This document shows positions 39,854-51,488 of a stretch of 64,000 nucleotides of DNA, one piece after another. The notes beneath the pieces are model-generated. The model worked only from the letters and a program-made list of their open reading frames with translations. It made no database searches and was not told the origin of the DNA. Source of the DNA: Candidatus Latescibacterota bacterium (GTDB lineage: Bacteria > Latescibacterota > UBA2968); NCBI GenBank assembly GCA_965198115.1, contig OZ240241.1, positions 5,728,001 to 5,792,000 of the forward strand, in the 5' to 3' direction. How positions within the stretch are numbered: the stretch's first letter is position 1; every line of letters starts with the position of its first letter. The position numbers and the translations under genes were made by a program.

Positions 39854-40746
39854 TCACTCCGGCAATTTCAGGACCGCTTCGTCCACGACGCCCACTGGCA
39901 ATGCCCAGGTCGATCTGCGCCGTCGAGGATGGGTGGACTGTCGATTGTCACCCCGAGCTCGGTGCTGAGCGTCCAATCCGGCTCACCCTCGGGATTCCTG
40001 AAGATGTTGTAATCTTTCTCGGCTTCTTCCTGCGCGATGTCGACCAGGTCGCGTTGGGAGAACAACCGAACCACGCTGTTTCCGATCGCGCCGATCGATA
40101 CGGTTTTCCTGTCCTCCTGGACCTGACCCAGTCGATTGAAGTCCGTGTGTTGTTTTCCCCCATAGCCGAACGGCTGGTAATCGATCATGGGTTGCTGGAC
40201 GATCGTTCCATCTGGTTGCCTGACCTTGACGGTCATGTCGATCGTGTGACGATAGGGTACTTCGCACAGCCATTCGGCGAAGTGGTGGCTGGTGGAGTTG
40301 CTGTAGTTGACACCAAGGAGCAATACCTTCGTGTTGAGGGCCAGCATGACGCCGAAGGACGATCGGATGTCGAAGACGGAATGCTTCGGGTCGACGTCGG
40401 TGATGACGGACGCCCGCCTGCCGATGGCGGCGAAACTATGACGGTAGGCGATGCTGCGTAGCGCGTCCGAATGGAGACGGACCGCCTCGGTGATCGCGCC
40501 CATCTCGCTTTGGTCCGAAGCGGGATCGATGATCGGGTCATCCTCAGGCTCGTGGATGAAGGTAAATGTGGGTGCGACGAGCGTGCCGCGTTCGCCGATG
40601 ACGTCGAGGAGTGCGTCGACGACGGTGTTGGCACTGCCTTCGACGTGGCCGAGGGTACGCATGGCAGAGTGGATGAGGACGACGTCGCCCGATTGCAGGC
40701 CGAGGTCGCGAAGGCCAGTGGCGATTTGGGATTGGGTGAGTGCCAT
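39854..40746 (-). CDS. AAC(3)/YokD-family N-acetyltransferase (probable 1-bp frameshift near 39893)
   Basis: GDVVLIHS, GTLVAPTF, MGAITE, HSFAAIG, LLGV and TSHHFAE. The alternative frame ends VVDEAVLKLPE* next to the downstream start. Confidence 0.88.
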
Positions 40747-40836
40747 TGCTCTCCAAACGCTGCGGTGCGAAAGGCGCGTATAGCGGCCTTCAGCCCGCTG
40801 AAAATCGGGTCAATAATGACCGATAAATGGACCCAG

Positions 40837-42741
40837 CTAACCGTTGAGCTGGTGACCGCTTCCGTTGAACCAGATGATGTCGACGACGGCGCCCAGCGTC
40901 AGGCCCATCAGGAAGCCCAGGAGGGCACCGAGAAAGACGGGTGTCATCTGCCGATAGTGCTCGAGACCCCCCAATTTCAGCAACAATTTCTTGATGAGCC
41001 AGACCAGAAAGATCGATGAGGCGCTGTTTCGCGTTGGGGCGGAAGCCGAGATCGTGAACCCGAGTGGATGGATGAGGAAGCCGGGGAAGAGGGTCCTCAA
41101 ATAGAGTAGCCCGCCGGTGAAGACGGCGCCGATTCCGAGGAACTGGAGGCGCGTCCAGTCGGCACCCTGGATGCCCTGGATTCGGGTTGCCGTGTAGGGC
41201 CAGATGTTGAGCCCCACTCTTGGGATGCCAAAGTTGTAGCTTCCGGTCGCGTGGTAGCCCTGGTAAAGCATGAAACCGATGGCTACGGAGAGGCCAATGA
41301 GGCAGCCGGCAAACAGCGTCGGGACGAGCCGTCGCCGATTTTTTCGGTCGACCGCGACGCCCAGCCGCGGGATGTGGGCCACGGCCGTCATCGCCAGCGT
41401 CCTGGCGTCGCAGAAGAAGGTGTAGGATAGAGCCAGAGCAATGCCACCAGCCGGTCCTACTCCGTTGATACCGAAGAGGTGCCACGCGAATGCCTGGGCC
41501 GTGACCGGCCCGCGCAGATACACCAGTCCGCTTTCGACCATGATTCGGGCGAGTCCGACGTAGAGAACACCTGTCGCGAAGACGAAGGCGAGGAGCGGGC
41601 CCCAGCCGAGTCCGGCGCGATTGAGCAAGAATACGATATATGAGCCGCAGACGAGCATCAGCCAGACGGCGGTTCGGGAAGACAGTAGCTCCTCGGAGTC
41701 ATCGAGCTCATCGTTTCGGCCAAGAGCTTTTTGAAAGACGGCCTTCAGATGGTTTCGCCCTACCCAAGCGCCCCAACCGACGAACACGACCATGCCGCCG
41801 AAACCCTGCCACGCCGTCGCAGGATGGAAGCCGCAGTAGATGTCGGGACTCCCCATTTCCACACCCAACCGATTGAACAATCCCACCTGCAGTACGGCGA
41901 GCAGATTGAAGACCCAGATGCTGAGCAGAACCTCGGACTTCGTGAAGTATCCGAACGCGATGATCATGGGGTGAACGGTGAAGATAATTGGAGGGAATCC
42001 TTCGGCGATCCAGAGATTTCGAGGCATTCGGATCGGAATCTGGGGCATCACGGTGAGGAACCATCCTGCGGCGTTCCAGGCGTAGGCTCCGAACACGACG
42101 CCGAATCCAAGCCAGAAACGGGGCGATCGAACGAGGCTGGCGATGGTGCCGGACGTGCCTGACGCGCCGGTCAGTTCCAACAGGACGGTGGCGACGGGAA
42201 ACGCCAATCGCTCGTGCTCCATCCACTGTTTTCGAAAGATGACAGAAACGCAGATGTTCACGACGAGGACGGCACCAAAGAGCGTACCCCACCAGAAGAA
42301 GGGCGAGATCCACGCTCGCCAGGGTATCGAGCGTCCCTCGGGAAGACCTTCGTAGAAGCCCGTGGTGGCGTCGAGACTGGATACGATGGTCCAGTCGGGG
42401 ATGTGATGGAGCATCACCTCGCGCCACTGGTTCTCGGGCGTAGCGAAGTACGTAGGGACTGTTATCACGTCCAGAAAGAAGGCCGGGATGCCCTCGCCGT
42501 GCATCCACGCGGTAAGAAAGCCGATGCAGCTTATGGCCACCAGCTCGGAGGACGTCAGACCGCCGCCGCGGCGCTGCAGAAGATGATTGATGCCGAGGAG
42601 AAACACGAATGGGATGAGGAAACCGACAGAGAGATGCGCGTAGTCGGCCCGCAACGAGTAGACGATCTGGCTGGTGTAGGTCGGCCAGAAGGTGATGAAG
42701 GCGGCCAGGCCGATGCCAAGGAGGGTCGCGCGGCGTGTCAC
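40837..42741 (-). CDS. OPT-like polytopic membrane transporter (DUF6785/DUF6784 type)
   Basis: 634 aa with many TM helices; YFATPENQW, IPWRAW, RKQWMEHERLAFP and IHPLGF. Confidence 0.8.
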   Translation of the reverse strand: MTRRATLLGIGLAAFITFWPTYTSQIVYSLRADYAHLSVGFLIPFVFLLGINHLLQRRGGGLTSSELVAISCIGFLTAWMHGEGIPAFFLDVITVPTYFATPENQWREVMLHHIPDWTIVSSLDATTGFYEGLPEGRSIPWRAWISPFFWWGTLFGAVLVVNICVSVIFRKQWMEHERLAFPVATVLLELTGASGTSGTIASLVRSPRFWLGFGVVFGAYAWNAAGWFLTVMPQIPIRMPRNLWIAEGFPPIIFTVHPMIIAFGYFTKSEVLLSIWVFNLLAVLQVGLFNRLGVEMGSPDIYCGFHPATAWQGFGGMVVFVGWGAWVGRNHLKAVFQKALGRNDELDDSEELLSSRTAVWLMLVCGSYIVFLLNRAGLGWGPLLAFVFATGVLYVGLARIMVESGLVYLRGPVTAQAFAWHLFGINGVGPAGGIALALSYTFFCDARTLAMTAVAHIPRLGVAVDRKNRRRLVPTLFAGCLIGLSVAIGFMLYQGYHATGSYNFGIPRVGLNIWPYTATRIQGIQGADWTRLQFLGIGAVFTGGLLYLRTLFPGFLIHPLGFTISASAPTRNSASSIFLVWLIKKLLLKLGGLEHYRQMTPVFLGALLGFLMGLTLGAVVDIIWFNGSGHQLNG

Positions 42742-42759
42742 GGGTACTAAGCGTGGGTC

Positions 42760-43665
42760 CTACGTGATTGGACCCATATCGCCCAGGTAGGGTAGGGGCT
42801 GTTGTGGCCGGTTGGGTCGAGACACTTTTTCGGGGTATTGCACGAGTGCTTTGGCCCACGCGTCGCGCCACGTTGCGTAGGAGGTTTCACAGTCGGGGTT
42901 CACGCGACTGCGAGCATCGAATGAGGGCCAGAACGACCGACCGGTCGGGGTTCCTCGTGCCTGATATCGGACGTCCATGCTCCATCGGATTTTGTCGGTG
43001 TTGTTGGGACCGGATGAGTGGGGCGTGAGCTTGTGGATGAGGATCACGTCCCCTTTTCGCATGGGCACAGAAACCCAATTACCGTCGGGCATTTCACCAT
43101 CCCAGTAGACCGTGCGGTTAAGGTGGACGCTAGGCATGACGCGGAGACAACCGTTTTCTTCGGACGTATCGCAAAACGGGACCCAGACGGTGATGAAGAA
43201 AACATCGTCCGCCTCCTCGTGAAGGAAGATGGCATCCTGGTGCCAGAAGACGACGTTGGAGTTTTTGCCCGTGTCCTCGTCGGTCGGAAGCTTGGCCCGA
43301 ATATGTGACATCGGACTGCAGCAGATTTCGGGACCAATCAGACCTTCGACCAGGTCGAGAAGGTTCGGACATCGCATGAACAGGAACGTACCTTCGCCCC
43401 GAACCTGTCCGATGTCGAGCGCCGCGTCGGATTCGAAGTAGGTGGCATCATCCTCGTCGCAGATACGGGCGAGCCGTGTGTCGAACGGCTCATATTCGTA
43501 GAGGTAACCAATGCGATTTTTTTCGTATAGGTCGTTGGCGAGTCGATCGACGACGTCTTCGTAATCTGAGATGACGAGATCGATGTCGGCGTTCGTGAGG
43601 GCGCCCTCGACGACGACGTAGCCGTCGGTTTTGAATTGGGCGAGGTGTTGGTCTGTGAGTGTCAT
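42760..43665 (-). CDS. PhyH-family dioxygenase
   Basis: WHQD, ENGCL and TPHSSGPNNTDKIRWSMDVRY; close paralog of 5449-6247. Confidence 0.92.
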   Translation of the reverse strand: MTLTDQHLAQFKTDGYVVVEGALTNADIDLVISDYEDVVDRLANDLYEKNRIGYLYEYEPFDTRLARICDEDDATYFESDAALDIGQVRGEGTFLFMRCPNLLDLVEGLIGPEICCSPMSHIRAKLPTDEDTGKNSNVVFWHQDAIFLHEEADDVFFITVWVPFCDTSEENGCLRVMPSVHLNRTVYWDGEMPDGNWVSVPMRKGDVILIHKLTPHSSGPNNTDKIRWSMDVRYQARGTPTGRSFWPSFDARSRVNPDCETSYATWRDAWAKALVQYPEKVSRPNRPQQPLPYLGDMGPIT

Positions 43666-43691
43666 TGGATTGGCTGATATGGTGCGCGAAT

Positions 43692-43796
43692 TGTCACCCC
43701 GGTAAGCTTCTAGGCCGGGGTCCATTCTGCCCGCACAGGCGCATACACGAGAGGGCGGAAAAATGGGTCCCGGCTCAGATGCTCACCGGGATGACA
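43692..43796. repeat. Family A repeat
   Basis: Same arms as 19938-20026. Confidence 0.85.
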
Positions 43797-43816
43797 GATC
43801 GTTGCAACAGTCGTCC

Positions 43817-44785
43817 TCACGATTCCCATTGCTTGACAGCCTTGCTGAAGGCCACGCTCGCTTTGTCCAATCGGATCCTGATGTCTCGTGGCAACTCGAG
43901 ATCGACTCCTGCGAGCAATTCATCCACGTGATCCGGATGCTCGGGGCCCGCGAGGACGGCTGACGCTTCGGGATGGTTGAGGACCCAGGCGATACAGATC
44001 TGGGCGCGTGTGACGCCAAGGTCGTCGGCGACGGCATCTACCACCTCGTGAAGCCCTTCGAGAGGAGAGCCTCGCTCAGGTTCGTAGGACGTGGCCAGGT
44101 GGGCGACGTCGAGGGGGCTGAAGAACATCGTTCCAAGACCGTACCTGTTGATTACTGGGAACATCTCACGCTCTAGCCAGCGTATTCTTGATTGGCCGTC
44201 AGTCTTGGCTGAATAGGCGCCGGCGATATTGTAGTAGTCCTCGAGCACGGACGGGGGCACTGAGCCCGATGCTTTGGCGATTTCCGCGCATTCGGCGACG
44301 ACGCTGGGTTCGTGGTTGGACAATCCCCAGTAGCGTGTTTTCCCGGATTGAACCAGGCGGTCCATCGATGCACATATCCCCTCGAGCGGCGTTTCGGGAT
44401 CGGGTTGATGGAGGAGGTAGACGTCAATGTGGTCCGTGCGAAGCCGTCCGAGCGCGGCGTCAAGTTGCTCTGTCAGATAGGTTTGGGTGTAGTGGGTAGG
44501 CGTTCCCGGTTCGCCCTCCGCTTTCGGTGGATGTGTCGGTGGAACCTTCGTGCAAATGACGACCTGGTCGCGTCGACCCTCCAGGACTTTCCCCAGTAGT
44601 TCTTCCGCGCCTCCCCAGCCATACGCGTATGCCGAATCGAAGAACGTCACGCCTCGGTCCAGGCAATGCCGCAACACGCGTTCGGCCATTGGCTCGTCGG
44701 CGTGGCGGGGGAGATGGCGGAAGGCCGTGCCCTGGCAGTAGCGGGTGACGGTGAGGTCGGTGTTGCCGAGTTGTATGGTTTTCAT
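43817..44785 (-). CDS. Aldo/keto reductase
   Basis: GVTFFDSAYAYG, ICTK, RLRTDHIDVYLLHQPD and WGLSN. Confidence 0.93.
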   Translation of the reverse strand: MKTIQLGNTDLTVTRYCQGTAFRHLPRHADEPMAERVLRHCLDRGVTFFDSAYAYGWGGAEELLGKVLEGRRDQVVICTKVPPTHPPKAEGEPGTPTHYTQTYLTEQLDAALGRLRTDHIDVYLLHQPDPETPLEGICASMDRLVQSGKTRYWGLSNHEPSVVAECAEIAKASGSVPPSVLEDYYNIAGAYSAKTDGQSRIRWLEREMFPVINRYGLGTMFFSPLDVAHLATSYEPERGSPLEGLHEVVDAVADDLGVTRAQICIAWVLNHPEASAVLAGPEHPDHVDELLAGVDLELPRDIRIRLDKASVAFSKAVKQWES

Positions 44786-44804
44786 TGAACCGAGGACGCC
44801 ATTT

Positions 44805-44942
44805 CGCGTGGGGATGAATCCCCACGCTATGGTAGCCCTTCGTCTTCGCTCAGGATAAACTCCGCCCGCTGAAGCGGGCTATGGTTGTCAGCCGGCTTCA
44901 GCCGGCTTCGCATTCCTAGCGTAGGGCTTCAGCCCTACGCGC
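44805..44942. repeat. Family E composite palindrome with a nested 27-bp module
   Basis: GCGTGGGGATGAATCCCCACGC, GCCCGCTGAAGCGGGC, AGCCGGCTTCAGCCGGCT and GCGTAGGGCTTCAGCCCTACGC. Confidence 0.78.
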
Positions 44943-44960
44943 ACGGCGGGAGCAGTCACG

Positions 44961-45272
44961 TCAATCCTCGACTCGCTCGAGTTTGTAGAAGACGGGGCGG
45001 AAACCGTCGGTGCAGCAGGTGACGAAGACACCCGGTTTGCAGCCCAGGAAGTTTCCGCCGCGGGCGAGTACCATCACGTATTTCTGCATGTCGCACCACG
45101 CCCAGTCGGGGATGCCTTCGGGCGCGTGGCCGGTGGTTTCGAAATACTGGCCGATCTCGAGGTCGTGACAGCAGCCGGTCGTCCAATCGCCGCAGCCATC
45201 GGTGAGTTCTGCGACCAACTCGTGGTTGACGGTCTTTTTGACGACGGTGATGCGGACTTTATGTGGGTTCAT
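44961..45272 (-). CDS. TIGR04076-family small Cys-rich protein
   Basis: KVRITVVKK, IGQYF, WAW and CCTDGFRPVFYKLERVED. Confidence 0.85.
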   Translation of the reverse strand: MNPHKVRITVVKKTVNHELVAELTDGCGDWTTGCCHDLEIGQYFETTGHAPEGIPDWAWCDMQKYVMVLARGGNFLGCKPGVFVTCCTDGFRPVFYKLERVED

Positions 45273-45625
45273 GGATCCTCTCTCTTTTAGAAGCGGAAGG
45301 CTTGGAACCACCCTTCGACTACGCTCAGGGCAGGCGCCTGAACACAGATGGACACGGATGGGGTGGCTGACCCGAGATAGAGGCCCATCAGGGAACGAGA
45401 CTGGTGGTACGGCAGAGCAGATGATCTCGCAAGGTCGATGACCCTACCTCTGGTAATCACTCTTTGGAATCATCATGATATTGAGGAAGGTCTTTGCATC
45501 AAAGCCCCAGCTGAGTGCTCCTTGGGCTGTTCCGAGCCGGGTTTCGTGGTTGGGCCTGTGGCGTTATATTCGCGATCCGGAAACGGGACTATCCATTCTA
45601 CCCCGCAACCTGAAGGAGGTCGACG

Positions 45626-46381
45626 GTGGCCATCACGGGTGATTTCGAAGCATATCTGACGGACAAGTGGTACGGGCATCAGATCACGGTTACAGCGCTT
45701 CTCGAAGCGGAGGCGGAGGCGGGTTTCGATTATGCGGTGGTGATGCCACAGACGGCGGAAGTGCCGGACAACGACAACCTGCTGGAGAAGACGGCTGGCA
45801 ACCCGCACACGCTGCCGTGCGTCCTGATGGATCCAAAGCGTGGCGACGAGGGTGTGGAGGACCTGAAGGATTTGGTTTCACGTGGTGCGCAGGGCATGAA
45901 GCTGATGGGTGCGATTCACAAGTATGAGATCGACGATCCGATGGTCTTCCCATTCGTCGACGCTGCGGGGGAACTCGGGATCGTCATTTCGGTGCACTCG
46001 GGAAAAGACAACTGCAGCGCCGATCGGATTTCGAAACTTGCCGAGCGCGTGCCGGATACGCCGATGATCATCGACCATATGGGATACCCAGACAATTTTG
46101 AAGACGCGCTGCAGGTTTGCAGGGACCATTCGAACACGTATATGGGAACCACCTTGCTGCGGTTTCACAAACTGTGGGCGAATAATCCCGAAGAGACGAT
46201 TGTGGGGGGCGTGACGCAGGTCGTGGAAGAACTGGGTGCGGAGCGGGTGGTATTCGGCTCGAACCTGCCGGAGTATCGCCCCATCCAGGTGAAGCGGGCG
46301 ATTCAGCGGCTGAACCTGGGCGCTGATGCAGAGGAGCTGATCTTCGGGGGGAACCTGGCGCGGATTTATGGGCTGAACTGA
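45626..46381 (+). CDS. Amidohydrolase_2 family protein
   Basis: GMKL, VHSG, IIDHMG, VVFGSN and IFGGNLARIY; GGAGG RBS. The N-terminal HxH is absent (DFEAY). Confidence 0.87.
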   Translation: MAITGDFEAYLTDKWYGHQITVTALLEAEAEAGFDYAVVMPQTAEVPDNDNLLEKTAGNPHTLPCVLMDPKRGDEGVEDLKDLVSRGAQGMKLMGAIHKYEIDDPMVFPFVDAAGELGIVISVHSGKDNCSADRISKLAERVPDTPMIIDHMGYPDNFEDALQVCRDHSNTYMGTTLLRFHKLWANNPEETIVGGVTQVVEELGAERVVFGSNLPEYRPIQVKRAIQRLNLGADAEELIFGGNLARIYGLN

Positions 46382-46539
46382 AAAGTGGAAGCAACCACTG
46401 AGGACACGGAGGACGCGGAGAAAACCTGGAGAATGGTCAGAAGTTCTGAGGAGCCATCATAACCTCGGAGTAGCTGGGCGGGTTCCAGGACCGCCCACCC
46501 CCGTTGTTGCTCAGTTTGAGGACCTTGTCTCGCAAATTG

Positions 46540-46576
46540 AGAAGGCCCGGTGGATGAATTCACCGGGCCTCTCTTT
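46540..46576. terminator. Probable bidirectional intrinsic terminator
   Basis: Stem AGGCCCGGTG/CACCGGGCCT between convergent genes. Confidence 0.68.
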
Positions 46577-46595
46577 GTGCACGACGGGAGAGCAG

Positions 46596-48554
<1,959 letters not shown>

Positions 48555-48655
48555 TGAACGCTCCTTTAACGGCGATATCCGATATCTGACGTTCGATATC
48601 AGAGAACTGCTCGGTCTCAACCGGGGTTGATAGTCTTCCCAATCAAGCAAGGTAC

Positions 48656-48742
48656 TGTCACCCCGGTATGCTTCTTAGCCGGGGCCCATTTTGATCTCGC
48701 AAATCAGAATGGATCCCGGCCCAACAGCATACCGGGATGACA
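48656..48742. repeat. Family A repeat
   Basis: Same arms as 19938-20026. Confidence 0.85.
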
Positions 48743-48797
48743 TTGCTTCGCTCATTACTTCTGATGAGACGGCTACTTCTGCGTTTTGTCCTGTTCC

Positions 48798-49997
48798 TCA
48801 GAGCCAGCCGGCCACCGTCCACATCACACTCAATCGACCGAACTCAGCGCCGAGCAGCTTCGGATAGTCGGTAATGGGATCTGCGCCGTAGCGGCGAACG
48901 TATTCGGCGTGGATGCGGCTTTCGACGTCGCTTTCCACTGTCATAGGTAGGTCAATCCACTGGTTACCCAGATCGTGGCTGGCGTGAATTGAGATCCAGA
49001 GTTCCATGTCACGTCGACCGTTTTCGGGACCGTAGACCGGGTCGGTGTTTTCGGTGACAGCGCGATGAAGGCTGGTGAGGATTTCCGCCTTCGCCACGTC
49101 GTCGTTCCCGGTGACCTTCTGTCCCTTGAAAGGATTCTCCCACACGACGGGTGGATCGGTTGGGACGCGAACAGCTGACAGAATCTGTTCTCCGTCGATC
49201 TCCTCGTAGATGTCCTCGAATGAGTAGGCGACTTGTTCTCGATTCTCAATGATTGCAAGTTCGCTTCCGGACAGATACCCATTCGACCCCTCGACGTCCC
49301 AGTTGACGCCTCGGGGACTCGGGCCCGCCGGCATTTCGTAGAGACAGACGACATCGTCTTCGAATTCGATCGTGCCGCTATCCCAGACCCGTGTCGTCTC
49401 CTCAATCCCGCCGTAACTCGTAAAGGGTCTCACGTCGATGCGTTGCACGTAGCCCTGCACGCGTTTGGTGGGCTTGTTGATGACCATCCGGACGCCGTTG
49501 AACCCGTGGTAGCTTCCGTGCGTGTAGCAGAGCCGGGCGTGCTTGATTTCACCGAACAAGCCCTGCCGCACGATCTCGTGCTTGAGCTGCTCGTGAGGCC
49601 ATCGCCAGACGTTTTCGGCGACTTCCCACTTTACGCCCTTGTCCTTCGCTGCCTTCGCGATAGCATCGCCCATCGGCAGGGTGAGCGCATACGGGATCTC
49701 GGTGATGATGTGACAGCCGTGATCGATGGCCGTTAGAGCGTGGACGATCTGTCCGTCGGTGGGGACGAGGATGAAGACGACGTCGGGCTTTTCGGTCTCG
49801 AGCATCTTCTCGAAATCGGTGTAGCGGGATCCGATGCTGAACTGATCGCCCACTGTTTGGAGCGATTCGCCACTATGATCGCAGATCGCGCAGAGATCAA
49901 AACGATCGTCGAGCTTGAGCATCGTGGCGATGTAGCCGCGGGCGCGTGAGGTTTCGTGGGCGCCGACGCCGACGACGGCGAGTTTGAGTTTGGTCAT
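48798..49997 (-). CDS. Gfo/Idh/MocA oxidoreductase
   Basis: LAVVGVG, YTDFEKML..EKPD, TEIP and VAEN. Confidence 0.88.
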   Translation of the reverse strand: MTKLKLAVVGVGAHETSRARGYIATMLKLDDRFDLCAICDHSGESLQTVGDQFSIGSRYTDFEKMLETEKPDVVFILVPTDGQIVHALTAIDHGCHIITEIPYALTLPMGDAIAKAAKDKGVKWEVAENVWRWPHEQLKHEIVRQGLFGEIKHARLCYTHGSYHGFNGVRMVINKPTKRVQGYVQRIDVRPFTSYGGIEETTRVWDSGTIEFEDDVVCLYEMPAGPSPRGVNWDVEGSNGYLSGSELAIIENREQVAYSFEDIYEEIDGEQILSAVRVPTDPPVVWENPFKGQKVTGNDDVAKAEILTSLHRAVTENTDPVYGPENGRRDMELWISIHASHDLGNQWIDLPMTVESDVESRIHAEYVRRYGADPITDYPKLLGAEFGRLSVMWTVAGWL

Positions 49998-50017
49998 TGT
50001 GCGTATTTACAATGGCT

Positions 50018-50187
50018 GCCCCCGTGCAGAGCACGGGGCCGAGCGACAGGGCACCTTTGTTGGTGGCCGGGCAGGAGCCCGGCCGTGGCCAATCGTCCGA
50101 TCGTGCGGGGCCGCGCCAATCGTGCGTTCGGGGCTCGAGCCTTCACCTTTACGCGTTACGCTAGTCCCCGTGCTCCGCACGGGGACG
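50018..50187. repeat. Family D palindromes CCCCGTGC(AGA/TCC)GCACGGGG
   Basis: Two copies here, another at 51309-51332, and degenerate copies near 25227 and 26248. Confidence 0.75.
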
Positions 50188-51240
50188 CTATTCCGGCACA
50201 ACACTGCTGATGAAGTCGGCGCCTCTTACGATGACGGGTGTGTCGATGTTCTCCAACGGGAAATCGACGCGAGCGTTGCCCAGTTTTTCGGATTCGTGGA
50301 ACGAGAGGACCATCTCCAGAGCGGCGTGTCCGTCGTGGCCGGTCGATGCGGTGTCTTCGTTCTTCTCCAGACTCTCGACGATTTCCTCTGCTGAGAGGGG
50401 GATGACGCAGCGTCCGTTTCCGAAGGTGTTCAGCTTCTGATCCTCGGGTACTTCAGGGAACGGACGCTCCTCGCCGTCCACGAATAGTTTGAATTCGGGT
50501 CCACGCCCGCTACTGACGCCGATTCGGCCGTTCGATCCGATGAGCTCGAACAGGTATTGGGCATTGGTGCCCGTGACGCCGTTGACGACGCATTCGACCC
50601 CGCTCTTGAAGGAGAAGTAGCCACTTCCTCTGGGGTCGAGGGCGTCAGGATCCTCCAGCCGACCCATCGCCCACTCGACGTCGCCCGCGAAGTAGCGGAG
50701 CATGTCGAAGTAGTGGGTGCCGTTGTTCGCGAGTCCTGCGGAATAGTGACAGGACATCGCTCGCAGGTCTCCGATCGTTCCATCGTTCAACAGCTCGCCG
50801 ATTTTCCGGTAATGCCAATCGAACCGACGGCCGTGGTTGATACTGAGCCGAACGCCGTTCTTTTCGCAAGCGTCAATCATTTCGTCGGCTTCGCGAAGGG
50901 TAACGGCCATCGACTTCTCGCAGAAGATGGCTTTAACGCCGGATTCGGCCGCGGCGACGACCATATCCCGATGCGGAACGGGATACGTGCAGACGCTGAC
51001 GATGTCGAGCTGCTCCTTGTCGAGCATCTCCTGCCAGTCGACATACATAGATGGCACATCCCATCGTGCGCCGAAGGCGATACGTCGTTCGTCGTTCGCG
51101 TCGGCGGCGGCTACGATCCTCGTGCGATCGCAGTGGTCGTAGCATCCCGCGTGGGTGTTTGGGGTGCCGCGTTCGGGTTCCTGTTCGAGCAGGCTGGCGA
51201 TGCGGCCGCAGCCTATGATGCCGACGGTGTAATTATCCAA
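50188..51240 (-). CDS. Gfo/Idh/MocA oxidoreductase
   Basis: IIGCGRIA, CEKS, INHGRRF and NNGTHYFD. Confidence 0.92.
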   Translation of the reverse strand: MDNYTVGIIGCGRIASLLEQEPERGTPNTHAGCYDHCDRTRIVAAADANDERRIAFGARWDVPSMYVDWQEMLDKEQLDIVSVCTYPVPHRDMVVAAAESGVKAIFCEKSMAVTLREADEMIDACEKNGVRLSINHGRRFDWHYRKIGELLNDGTIGDLRAMSCHYSAGLANNGTHYFDMLRYFAGDVEWAMGRLEDPDALDPRGSGYFSFKSGVECVVNGVTGTNAQYLFELIGSNGRIGVSSGRGPEFKLFVDGEERPFPEVPEDQKLNTFGNGRCVIPLSAEEIVESLEKNEDTASTGHDGHAALEMVLSFHESEKLGNARVDFPLENIDTPVIVRGADFISSVVPE

Positions 51241-51356
51241 CTCTCAGATCTCCAAGGCGACTATCACGAACCGTAGAGAGCTCTGTCGGTTCATGCGAGA
51301 CAGTATCGGCGCCCCGTGCAGAGCACGGGGACGCCATTGGGGTGGATCTACCGGCA

Positions 51357-51467
51357 CCGTCCGTCCCTTCGACTCCGCTCAGGGCAGGCTCTTCGATATG
51401 ACGATCTCGGTTTCTCGCTCAGGCTTCGCCTATCGATCTCGCGAGACGTCTACTCAGGATGAACGGT
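51357..51467. repeat. Family B repeat with an inserted mini-module (filled site)
   Basis: Matches the arms of 57331-57420 except for an extra CTCCGCTCAGGGCAGGCTCTTCGA. Confidence 0.78.
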
Positions 51468-51488
51468 GGTAACGATCCCTCAATTCGG

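Noticed and set aside
39854-40746. Aminoglycoside resistance gene
   Set aside because: The AAC(3)/YokD fold is widespread, and the context is catabolic with no integron or resistance cassette.
45330-45625. Riboswitch or ncRNA in longer intergenic gaps (also 10593-10830 and 58650-58810)
   Set aside because: I recognised no conserved aptamer or tRNA motif by eye; an Rfam/Infernal scan would be needed to exclude one.
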